From contig NC_073412.1 of assembly GCF_028641065.1 (NCBI RefSeq), positions 5,456,001-5,520,000 of the forward strand: a DNA stretch of 64,000 nt, written 5' to 3'. The notes beneath the pieces were generated by a model. The model worked only from the letters and a program-made list of their open reading frames with translations, was not told where the DNA came from and ran no database searches. The stretch's first letter is position 1. Each line of letters opens with the position of its first letter. This DNA is from Leucoraja erinacea. Its lineage: Eukaryota. Made by a program: the position numbers and the translations under genes. Positions 51,270 to 62,336 of the stretch are shown in pieces.

Positions 51270-51795
51270 ATGAAGGAATTCATGATGCAGCTCTGTAGGA
51301 CTTTGATTACGCTGCATTTGGAGTGTTGCGTACAGTTCTGGTTGCCCCACTACCGTAAAGACGTGGAGACGTTGGCAAGGATGCAGAAGAGGTTTACTAG
51401 AAAGCTGCCTGGATTAGAGGGTTTCAGCTCCAGGGAAGGTTTGCAGACTTGGATTGTTTTCTGGAATGTCAGAGGTTGAGGGGAGACAATAGAAGAATTT
51501 AAAATTATGAGAGGCACAGGCAGAGTAGACAGCCTTTTACCTAGGGTGGAAATATCCGACACTAGAGGGCATAGCTTTAAGGTGAGAGGGAGAAAGTTTA
51601 ATGAAGACGCGCAGGGCATGTTTTTTTTTCACCCAGAGAGTAGTGGGGACCTGGAACACATTGCCCGGGGTGGTGGTCCAGACAGATACGATGGGGATTA
51701 AGAGGATTTTGGAAAGCCACATGGATGTGCAAGGAATAGGGGGATATGGATCATGTACAGGCAGATGAGATCAGTTTTACTTGGCATCATGTTAT
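51270..51795 (+). mobile_element. Older CR1 3' fragment
   Basis: QLCRTLITLHLECCVQFWLPHYRKDVETLARMQKRFTRKLPGL. Confidence 0.85.
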
Positions 51796-52131
51796 AATGA
51801 CCCTGGAGAAATAAGGACTCCTTTTGTGCAATTAATTTCCATGTTGCTGGAAGAGTAAAGAGTTTCCATCCCTAACCTTACTTCTTTTAAATATAGATAA
51901 AGATGTTAAGAACATTGATTTAAAACCACAAAGTGACAAATTGAAAGAATATTAAAACAACATTTGGGGCAATTATTGCAAAAACAATATATCATTGAGG
52001 CAAATTAGTGCATGGTGACACAGTAATCATTGAGGATGGCCAAAACTAAAATTAGTAGCTGGGATTTTGTTCTTATCGATTTGAAGGTAAGTTTTCAATC
52101 GTGCTCCTGCAGCAGAGTGATTGTCGCTTAC

Positions 52132-52281
52132 CTGATTGTCGGGGTGGTTTATGGTGAAATACCCCACGCAGACGATGACTTCATGCAGCAGGTCCTCACT
52201 GGTTTGATGGTAGCAATACCACAGCAGTGAACTAACAATGTGGCGGAATGCCAGGGAGAGGCCTTCCGCACCACACACAGC
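52132..52281 (-). CDS. SCAPER: SCAPER coding exon (150 nt)
   Basis: cacacag|GCT...AAT CAG|gtaagc; AVCGAEGLSLAFRHIVSSLLWYCYHQTSEDLLHEVIVCVGYFTINHPDNQ. Confidence 0.96.
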
Positions 52282-54364
52282 CTGTGTGAGAGAAACGGAT
52301 AGAATGAGCAAGGGCAGCACGGCACCATCAGAAGAAGCAGGCATGTGTCACGGTTTGAATTAAGAAATATGAGCGGGAACAAAAAAGCAGGAAATGCTTT
52401 AGACAGAGGAGGTAGCAAGACAAGCATCTTCTCAGTCAGTATATCTTTATTGTCATTTCCTGAGTACTCACATACCCAGAGGAAACAAAAAAGCGTTGCT
52501 CAACCAGTGTCCATTCAGTGTGCAGTACAAATAACAACAAATAAATAGAAATAAAAAAATACATATATCATGAACAAATTTAAATTTAAACACTCTACTC
52601 TCTACTAAACATCAACAGGCGTTCCGATCGACAGCTGCTGCAGTGTGTCCAGGTTGATGGTTGGTGCGCGATACTTTGGCAGGGGGCTAAGTCCGTTTAG
52701 CATGCAGCAGGTCCTCACTGGTTTGATGGGGGCTAAGTCCGTTCTGTGGAAGGACCATCCTCTCACCAACATGGTCTTGCCCTCCCATCTACCTCATTGG
52801 AGACCTTTGAGCTAGTTTTAATTATCATGCACTAAATGTTATAGCCTTTATCCTGTATCTGACTTAGACTTAGATCCTTTATTTGTCATTCAGACCTTTC
52901 GGTCTGAACGAAATGTCGTTGCCTGCAGCCATACATGTAATAATAAACAACAAAACACACAATAAACACAAATTAACATCCACCACAGTGAGTTCACCAG
53001 GCACCTCCTCACTGTGATGGAGGCAAAAATCTAAGGGTTGCTGTCTCTTCCCTCCTCTTCTCTGCGGCGATACCCCACCGGGCGATGGTAAGTCAGTCCC
53101 GCGGCTCACCGAGCTTCGTGAACGGGCCGGTTCCTGCTCCGTGGCCCGGGGTGTACACTGTAGACAGCTTGATTGTAAATATGTGATGTTTTTTTCGCCA
53201 ACTGCATAGCATGCGACAAAAAGCTTTTCACTGTACCTCGAGGCACGTGACAATAATAAACTAAACTAAAGGAGGAGCAGTTAACTAATCTGGTTAGACC
53301 CCTCAAAACATTCACTGTTTCTCCTCGACCTGACCTGCTGAAAGTTTCCAGCATTTTATGCTTAAGATATCTGGCATCTGCAGTTTGGTTTAATTTTTAA
53401 AGAGGAGCAGGAAAAGGTCATTCAGGCCTTTGGCCCTGACCTATCAGGTAACAAGATCGTAGCTGATTTTCTACTCAAACGCCATTTCCCAATGTCCTTT
53501 GATTTGTTTAATATTCGGAAATCTATACTGGTTTAGATTTTGAATATAGTTAATGACTCAGCACAACCCTCGGGAATGGAGATTTCCATGGATTCACCCT
53601 CTGAGTGAAGACATTTCCCCTCACTTCAATTAGTGTAATTGGCCTAACTTTCCAATGCCAAACCAAGATGCCCCATCTTACTAACCACCTGCCAGCGTTT
53701 GGCCCATATCCCTTTAAACATTTCCTACCCATGTTCCCGCATCAACTACCTCCTCATTCCACAGACCCAGCAACCTCTATGTGAAGGACAGCACTAGCTG
53801 AATAGGCAAGCTTGAATTCTGAATGGTTACCATGTATTTTCAGATTATGACCGCTATTTAGCTAGGAAAACAAGCCACCGAGGCTACCATATCTCACCCG
53901 CTAAGAATTTTGTATTTTTGAACGTGGTTACTAAATAACTCAACTGAAATGGGTAGCCCAAGTGAACTATACAATTTGCATCACAACCTTCTTCTGACCC
54001 ACTGTGGCAAACACTCACTTAAGGAAGAGAATGTATTGAAGGTCCAGAAACAGTCATAGTTTCAGCTGCTTGTTTAGAGATACAGCCCCTTTGGCACACC
54101 AAGTCCATGCTGACCATTGATCACCTGCGCACTAGTTCCATGTTACCCCTTTTTCGTATCTACACGTAAGGGGCAATTTACAGAAGCCGACAAACCCGCA
54201 CGTCTTTGCGTTGTGGGAGGAAACTGAAGCCGCTGGCGAAAGCCCGCGCGGACACAGGACCCGAGATCAAGATCAAACCCAGGTCTGTGATGCTGCGAGG
54301 CTCAGCTCTGCTGCTGCGCCTCTTGTCTGGGTCAATCATTCGCCGGTACCAAAGCGCGCCTCAC

Positions 54365-54602
54365 CTGAAAAGTGGGAAGATCCAAAAATGCAAAGCTGTT
54401 CAGGAAGCGAAGACTCTGGATGGCGACATGAATAGTGTGTTGAGGGTAGATTTCAGCCGGTGGGGAGTTGTTGTGGTCGGGGACTGTGCCGTGGAGGAGG
54501 ATGCAGTAAAGCATGTTGAGAACGCCCACCAGCTCCGTAGACTGCAGCACCGCTGTTAGTCCAGTTGGGTCGTGCCTCTTGTTCTCAAATATGTTGTGCG
54601 AT
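54365..54602 (-). CDS. SCAPER: SCAPER coding exon (238 nt)
   Basis: tttggcag|A TCG...TTT CAG|gtgagg; SHNIFENKRHDPTGLTAVLQSTELVGVLNMLYCILLHG...AIQSLRFLNSFAFLDLPTFQ. Confidence 0.96.
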
Positions 54603-54649
54603 CTGCCAAAATGACAGGCTAACTCGTTAGGGTAAACACATCGATGTAC

Positions 54650-54986
54650 TGATACATAGATACATAGAAAATAGGTGCAGGAGTAGGCCATTCGGCCCTT
54701 CGAGCCAGCACCGCCATTTAATATGATCATGGCTGATCATCCAACTCAGTATCCCGTACCTGCCTTCTCTCCATACCCCCTGATCCCTTTAGCCACAAGG
54801 GCCACATCTAACTCTCTCTTAAATATAGCCAATGAACTGGCCTCAACTACCCTCTGTGGCAGAGGGTTCCAGAGATTCACCACTCTCTGTGTGAAAAATG
54901 TTTTTCTCATCTCAATCTTAAAGGATTTCCCCCTTATCCTTAAGCTGTGACCCCTTGTCCTGGACTTCCCCAACATTGGGAACAAT
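54650..54986 (-). mobile_element. CR1 3' fragment
   Basis: FPMLGKSRTRGHSLRIRGKSFKIEMRKTFFTQRVVNLWN. Confidence 0.9.
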
Positions 54987-55536
54987 GTGTGAATCAGTGG
55001 GTTTTTGATACCATTTGAGAGTGGAAATATTTACATTTAGCAATTGAGTTCTTCATAAATTCATATTAAGGACACGAGATTGGATAAACCTTACAACAAC
55101 CCATTTCTCCTCAAAAAAATATATACTTAGGTCCATTCACCCTGCTCTTTCCTCATTGTTGAAATTGGTTTATTTTCTGGCCTATTATTCAATTCTCTTT
55201 TTAAAACTAATATGAATCTGCTTCATCAACTTTACTTGGAGTGAATGTAATTGCAACAACTCATTTTCATATGAACTATTGTACTCATTTCCCCATCGGA
55301 TCAATATGAAATGGTTTTAATTATCGAAGGACAGACTATATTATGTAAAAAAAAAAAGAGACTGGAGGAACTCAACAGGTCAGGTAACATCTGTGGAGGG
55401 AATAGAAACATAGAAAATAGGTGCAGGAGGAGGCCATTCGGCCCTCCGAGCCAGCACCGCCATTCATTGTGATCGTGGCTGATTGTCCCCTATCGATAAC
55501 CAGTGACAGGCAATGACCTGAAACATCATCTGTTAG

Positions 55537-56213
55537 AAGGTAGACAAAAAAGCTGGAGAAACTCAGCGGGTGCAGCAGCATCTATGGAGCGAAAGGAAAT
55601 AGGCAACGTTTCGGGCCGAAACCATGAAGGAAATAGGAACGTTTCGGGCCGAAACCATGAAGGAAATAGGCAACGCTTTGAGCCGAAATCATGAAGGAAA
55701 TAGGCAACGTTTTGAGCCGAAACCATGAAGGAAATAGGCAACGCTTTGAGCCGAAACCATGAAGGAAATAGGCAACGCTTTGAGCCGAAATCATGAAGGA
55801 AATAGGCAACGTTTCGGGCCGAAACCATGAAGGAAATAGGCAACGAAAAACCATGAAGGAAATAGGCAACGTTTCGGGCCGAAACCATGAAGGAAATAGG
55901 CAACGTTTCGGGCCGAAACCATGAAGGAAATAGGCAACGTTTCGGGCCGAAACCATGAAGGAAATAGGCAACGCTTTGAGCCGAAATCATGAAGGAAATA
56001 GGCAAAGTTTTGAGCCGAAACCATGAAGGAAATAGGCAACGCTTCGGGCCGAAACTCTGAAGGAAATAGGCAACGTTTCGGGTCGAAACCCTTCCGGGTT
56101 TCGGCCCGAAACGTTGCCTATTTCCTTTGCTCCATAGATGCTGCTGCACCCGCTGAGTTTCTCCAGCTGTTTTGTGTACCTTCGATTTTCCAGCATCTGC
56201 AGTTCCTTCTTAA
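55537..56213. mobile_element. Subfamily-A fold-back element with expanded centre and 13-nt TSD
   Basis: acatcatctgtta at 55523-55535 and 56216-56228. Confidence 0.85.
55593..56090. repeat. Minisatellite, 15 units of about 34 bp (atgaaggaaataggcaacgtttcgggccgaaacc)
   Basis: Counted directly. Variant units gctttgagccgaaatc; one internally deleted unit at 55827-55852. Confidence 0.92.
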
Positions 56214-57087
56214 ATACATCATCTGTTAAGAGTCTGCAGAAATGTGGTCTGCCCATTCTCTCCACAGATGCAACCTGACCCGCTGTGTTCTGCTCAAGAT
56301 TCCAGCATCTGCAGTTTCTTGTGTCTCTGCATGATGTGGGCTGATGTGGCACAATCTAGGGTGCATTTCTTCAAGAGATGTGACACCACTTCCAGACAGG
56401 TAATTTCAGATTCACCTCAACTGCTGCAGTTTAATTTGAGTGTAAAGCAATCTGTTGCACCCACCCCCGTGTCCAGGTTACTTTACTCGCTCTTTCCTCC
56501 ATCATCAATTGCCCATTCTTAAACGTTGGCATGGTTTACTGGGTCGACTGCCAACTCTGAAGGTGCTTTTCACCAGGGGCACTGAATCAGGTATCAGAAC
56601 CATGGTGCGTATCACCATACATTTACAAATTCTCAGCTGCTGCCCCAACTGACTATTTCTACTGTGAAAAGGCAAAAAAATCCCCAAAAAAACCCTTTCT
56701 ACTGTATAAAGATCAAATCCTTAAACTTAAAAAGATTGTTGCAAGATAGTTTTAGTTTCTATACAAGATGCAAAACCTGTTCTTTCAGAAAGGTAAACTG
56801 ATCGAATGAAAAGTTCCCTTTCTTCAACAGCTCAGCTTAGATGCCTAATGTCATCTATGTTACTTGTGATGTCAGTTGACAGGCAGCTTCTTGTGCTGGA
56901 GCCATAACAGATCAGAGGTCAACACTTGATTCCAGTCATACAGACGTTGCTTCAGACTAGCTGAGTCTCTTGATGCTTCAAACGGAGATCTAGGTTTGCG
57001 TAACAAAACCTGCTGGAATCAGTGTGGGAATGATATGAATCTACGGTTGAATCAGTTTTAAAGTATGCAGAAAGCACTTCTACTGTA

Positions 57088-57864
57088 GAGTAAACCCTCA
57101 CTATAACGCACTACCGAGGGGGAGGTGGGGGGAAATGATTCAGATTCAGATTCAGATTCAATTTTAATTGTCATTGTCAGTGTACAGTACAGAGACAACG
57201 AAATGCATTTAGCATCTCCCTTGAAGAGCGACATAGCAAACGATTTGAATAAATAATAATAAGTGTCCGGGGGGGGGGGGGTGATTGGTAGTCACCGAGG
57301 CACGTTGTTGAGTAGAGTGACAGCCGCCGGAAAGAAGCTGTTCCTCGACCTGCTGGTTCGGCAACGGAGAGACCTGTAGCGCCTCCCGGATGGTAGGAGG
57401 GTAAACAGTCCATGGTTGGGGTGAGAGCAGTCCTTGGCGATGCTGAGCGCCCTCCGCAGACAGCGCTTGCTTTGGACAGACTCAATGGAGGGGAGCGTTG
57501 GGTATCTGTTGTTGCCGATTGTCCACTATAACCGAGTGTCGGGGGGTAGATTTAACCCAAGGCCGGGCAGTAAGTTATGCTGTGTTTGGGGGGGGGAGTT
57601 TTAAACAAGCAGAAATTCGCAGGACGGGTGCTGTAGAGCCCCCGGCCTCACAAGCCGTGCACTGGCCCAGTACTCACTCCACCTTCCTGCTGCTCGATCT
57701 CTCCGCTCCCACAACCGGGAGCTTCCGCCACGTGGCTCCAACACACGTGGGCAACTGGCGGAAGTGGAGGGGGGGGGTGGGGGGGGCAGTGGGACGGGAA
57801 CCTCAGTCCATCCGCTATACCCAAAATCCGCTATACTGAGGTCAGTTATTGCAAGGGTTTACTG
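57088..57864. mobile_element. Tc1/pogo (Tigger-like) non-autonomous element with nested Rex1-type LINE (57138-57497, -)
   Basis: Imperfect TIRs gagtaaaccctcactataac / gttattgcaagggtttactg, left flank TA. Inner fragment has a (tctgaa)n tail and HPNHGLFTLLPSGRRYRSL-type sequence. Confidence 0.65.
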
Positions 57865-57880
57865 TGTCTTAAAAAACTCA

Positions 57881-58428
57881 AAATACTGTGTGCAGTTTTG
57901 GTCCCCTAATTTGAGGAAGGACATTCTTGCTATTGAGGGAGTGCAGCGTAGGTTTACAAGGTTAATTAACGGGATGGTGGGACTGTCATATGCTGAGAGA
58001 ATGGAGCAGCTGGGCTTGTACACTCTGGAGTTTAGAAGGGTGAGAGGGTATCTCATTGAAACATATAAGATTGTTAAGGGCTTGGACACGCTGGAGGCAG
58101 GAAACATGTTCCCGATGTTGGGGGAGTCCAGAGCCAGGGGCCACAGTTTAAGAATACGGAGTAAGCCATTTAGAACGGAGACGAGGAAACGCTTTTTCTC
58201 ACAGAGAGTGGTGAGTCTGTGGAATTCTCTGCCTCAGAGGGCGGTGGAGGCCGGTTCTCTGGATGCTTTCAAGAGAGAGCTAGATAGGGCTCAAAAATAG
58301 CAGAGTCAGGGGATATGGGGAGAAGGCAGGAACGGGGTACTGATTGGGGATAATCAGCCATGATCACATTGAATGGCGGTGCTGGCTCGAAGGGCCGAAT
58401 GGCCTACTCCTGCACCTATTGTCTATTG
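57881..58428 (+). mobile_element. CR1 3' fragment
   Basis: YCVQFWSPNLRKDILAIEGVQRRFTRLI...AFKRELDRA. Confidence 0.92.
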
Positions 58429-59860
58429 CAAAGCAATCTATAAACAATGAGGTACTTCTCCCGTTGTGGTTGGAGTGAAGGACACAGAAGCCAATTTGCA
58501 CACAGCGTGATCAATAGGCAATATCATGACCATCACCTGATAATTATTTAGACTGAAAAACTAAAACTGCAGATGCTAGAATCATCAAATAAAAACTGAA
58601 ATACAGATATTCTGCAGTGTAGCGTGGTGAGCAACAAAGTTCTTAGTACCAGTCATTGATTCATTGACAGAACCAGAAAAGTAATAGAATATTGAGAAAC
58701 AAGGAACTGCAGATGATGGATTACATACAAAGACAACAATTATTAGAGTAACTCAGCAGGTCAGGCAGGATTTCTGAAGAACATGTATAGATCATGGGGT
58801 ACAGGGCAAGTGTTTAAAGCACCACAGATACAACAGTATTTTTACTTTTCCTATCTGCTAGTAACTTTTTATGCGCAGTTGCTGGTTTACACCAATGATA
58901 GACAAAACGCTGGAGTAACTCAGAGGGACAGGCAGCATCTCTGGGTAAAAGGAATGGGTGACGTTTCGGGTCGAGACCCTTTTTTAAATTCCAGATTTGC
59001 TTATTTTGTTGAATTTAAGTTCTTCCGCGGCTGCGGTGGGAGTCAGGTTCATGCCATCTGGTCAGTGGTCTAGTTTAGGTTTAATTTAGAGATACAACGT
59101 GTAAACAGACCCTTCAGCCGACCAGGCCCACACCGACAATTGATCACCCGTACACTACTAGTTCTGTGTTATCCCAGTTTCACATCCTGCACAGTAGGGA
59201 CAATTTACAGAAGCCAATTTACCTACAAATCTGCACGTCTTTGGATCACCACAGGGAGAATGTGCAAAAATCACAAAGGCAGCTAGTTCTGTGTTATGGC
59301 AGGCAGTTATCACATCCTCTGTGCCACTAGGGACAATTTACAGAAAACAATTTCCCTACAAATTAGGTGCATGTCTTTGGAGCCTGTGGGATGAAAGTAT
59401 CCGGAGAACCCCCCCCCTGATCCCCTTAGCCAGTAAACCCCTCTTAAATATAGCGAACTGGCCTCACAGGGAGAATGTGCAAATTCACCACTCAAAAAAG
59501 TTTCAAAGGATTTCCCCCTTTATCCTTAAGCTGTGACCCCTTGCCAGGATCGAACTGGGGTTTCTGGCAGGCAGCTGTGAGGCAGCAGCTCTACCTCTGT
59601 GCCACTCTCTCAGTCGCTATATTTAGTTGGGTAACTTAATAACATAGCACCGTACCCATGCAAAAATGCAGGAACCCAAACTCCTTGTTTGTAGGCATGA
59701 TAATCGGCGATTAGCAAACATTCTGTGTGAAGTCCAGAAATAACGAATTAAGAATACATTCATGATAAATTGATTTTGAGAAATCTATAGCTGTGAAAGG
59801 TGCACTTGGTGTCGGTGTACATAGGTAAAACTCCCAGCAATTTGCCACCTCGTCACTTAC

Positions 59861-60016
59861 CGATTGACAATAGCGAAGCAAAGACGGCACATGCTGTGCA
59901 GCAGGGCTGTAACATTCTGCAGGAAGGAGGCAATTTTAGGTTGTTCGTCGACAGGCCCTTGGATGGAGAGGAAGCAGCCGTACAACTTGTCAGTGAGTCC
60001 AGTATACACCACGTAG
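59861..60016 (-). CDS. SCAPER: SCAPER coding exon (156 nt); most 5' SCAPER exon found in the window
   Basis: ctctctcag|C TAC...AAT CG|gtaagt; YVVYTGLTDKLYGCFLSIQGPVDEQPKIASFLQNVTALLHSMCRLCFAIVNR. CG plus A joins the next exon in frame. Confidence 0.94.
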
Positions 60017-60064
60017 CTGAGAGAGAGGAGAAAATCTACGTTAGTAAAATAATTCAATATAGAC

Positions 60065-60688
60065 TTAGAAACATAGAAATTAGGTGCAGGAGTAGGCCAT
60101 TCGGCTCTTCGAGCCTGCACCGCCATTCAATATGATCATGGTTGATCATCCAACTCAGTATCCCGTCCCTGCCTTCTCTCCATACCCTCTGATCCCCTTA
60201 GCCACATCTAACTCCCTCTTAAATATAGCCAATGAACTGTGGCCTCAACTACCCTCTGTGGCAGAGAGTTCCAGAGATTCACCGCTCTCTGTGTGAAAAA
60301 AGTTCTCCTCATCTCGGTTTTAAAGGATTTCCCCCTTATTCTTAAGCTGTGACCCCTTGTCCTGGACTTCCCCAACATCGGGAACAATCTTCCTGCATCT
60401 AGCCTGTCCAACCCCTTAAGAATTTTGTAAGTTTCTATAAGATCCCCTCTCAATCTCCTGAATTCTAGAGAGTATAAACCAAGTCTATCCAGTCTTTCTT
60501 CATAAGACAGTCCTGACATCCCAGGAATCAGTCTGGTGAACCTTCTCTGCACTCCCTCTATGGCAATAATGTCCTTCCTCAGATTTGGAGACCAAAACTG
60601 TACGCAATACTCCAGGTGTGGTCTCACCAAGACCCTGTGCAACTGCAGTAGAACCTCCCTACTCCTATACTCAAATCCTTTTGCTATG
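60065..60688 (-). mobile_element. CR1 3' fragment (low divergence)
   Basis: ORF 60208-60642 HRVLVRPHLEYCVQFWSPNLRKDIIAIEGVQRRFTRLIPG. Confidence 0.92.
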
Positions 60689-61157
60689 ACTTAACTAGCA
60701 TTCCCAAAAATATCGACACCATTTACATTCTAAATTTCCTCACCATTCTCGTAAAGGGAAACCACCCATCTAATTCTGGATGGGTGAAGTCCATGATGGG
60801 AGAAGTTTATGCAGGAATTTTGCTTTATAAATGCAGAGAGAGATTGATAATATAAATAAGAAATGAAGGACAGGATGCTGCTGTAAAATAGTATCTCAAT
60901 TGCTTGGTTTTTCACTTGGTTTTGACTTTTCATCTGCAATCATAAGGGGGGGGGTCAACTGAGTGAGTCTTCCTCTTCATGTGTGGCGTGCACAGCCTAA
61001 AGTTGTAGGACAACTTGTTCTATTTGATCTTGTTTGATTGTGCACGCCAGGTTGATTGCATTCGTTGGAGCGGGGGGGGGGGGGGGGGGGGGCAGCACGT
61101 GTAGGTTGCAATCTCCCACCCCCAACTGATTGAGGAACATTATTTTTCCTCAAAGTG

Positions 61158-61419
61158 AAGGTAGACTGAGTTCCTCCAGCACTTCAGCGGGTGCAGCAGC
61201 ATCTATGGAGCGAAGGAAATATTTCCTTTGGGGTTCGACCCGAAACGTTGCCTATTTCCTTTGGGTTTCGACCCGAAACGTTGCCTATTTCCTTTGGGTT
61301 TCGACCCAAAATGTTGCCTATTTCCTTCGCTCCATAGATGCTGCTGCACCCGCTGAGTTTCTCCAGCACTTTTTGTCTACCTTTGCTTTTCCGGCATCTG
61401 CACAGTTCCTTCTTAAACA
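61158..61419. mobile_element. Subfamily-A fold-back with 3 central tandem units
   Basis: cctttgggtttcgacccgaaacgttgcctattt x3; flanked by a tttcctcaa(a/t)gtgaa duplication. Confidence 0.8.
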
Positions 61420-62046
61420 TTTCCTCAATGTGAACTTGGATATGGTTTGGAATGTGAAAAAAAAAAATCACGGTATACAAAAGGATTACAAATTAAACTG
61501 ATTTTTGCAAAATAAACTCTAAAATATGCTCAGCAATATTAGAATCATACCTGGGAACCCCTTTTGTAACTGTTCTAATAAAAGTTGTTAAGGAACAAGA
61601 ACGCCCAAACCTCCACTTTTTATATATACCAAGTGAGATGATATGATATGATATGATATGAGCTATATTTAAGAGGGAGTTAGATGTGGCCCTTGTGGTC
61701 CAGGGGATCAGAGGGTATGGAGAGAAGGCAGGTATGGGATACTGAGTTGGATGATCAGCCATGATCATATTGAATGGCGGTGCGGGCTCGAAGGGCCGAA
61801 TGGCCTACTCCTGCACCTAATTTCTATGTTTCTATGATATGACTGAACGGAATACAGGTTCCCAAACAGCTTTCCCATGGATTGGAAATGTTGTTGGAGA
61901 ATTGGCCTCAGGGATATTTACTCTCTGTTCAAATCTCGGGGATATTTACTCTCTGTTCAAATATGATCGAGGATATGGAAACCCAATAATTAAAGAGGCA
62001 ATCCGGTGTTTTGGAAGAAAAGTATTCCAATACTTTTATAACAACT

Positions 62047-62336
62047 GGGCAACACAGTGCCACAGTGGTACAGCTGCTGCCTCTCAGCAACCTGGGTTTG
62101 ATCCTAACTATGGGTGCTGTCTGTACAGAGTTTGTACGTTCTCCCTGTGAGCGCATGGGTTTCCTTCGGGTGCTTTGGTTTTCTCCAAGATTCCAAAGAC
62201 GTAGAACTTTGTAGGTCAACAGGCTTCCGTAAATTGCCCCTAGTGTGTAGGATATTGAACTAGTGTACGGGGTGATGGATGGTCGGTGTGGGCCCAAGAG
62301 CCCATTACCCTGTTACATATATAAACTAAACTAAAT
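62047..62336 (+). mobile_element. Diverged HE1-like SINE
   Basis: gggtttgatcc B box, V-domain gagtttgtacgttctccctgtg, (taaac) tail. Confidence 0.75.

Noticed and set aside
55593-56090. CRISPR-like array of about 34-bp repeats
   Set aside because: Units are contiguous with no unique spacers, there are no cas genes, the context is a vertebrate intron, and the unit derives from the surrounding repeat.
55526-56149. 207-aa and overlapping ORFs
   Set aside because: Translations of the tandem array; no splice or homology support.
56568-56585. CTCF site (tcaccaggggcact)
   Set aside because: One base short of the core spacing; too weak without a matrix scan.
40775-60642. Functional reverse-transcriptase genes
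   Set aside because: All CR1 and Rex1 ORFs are 5'-truncated C-terminal pieces under 700 nt, without endonuclease or RT catalytic domains.
60730-60939. Possible additional SCAPER exon
   Set aside because: No frame resembles the expected upstream SCAPER peptide (recalled as ending ..RVQDLIS); the next exon is probably beyond 64000.
27868-61963. Short tandem duplications (27868-27901, 39173-39220, 61910-61963)
   Set aside because: Ordinary 15-30 nt slippage duplications with no further structure.
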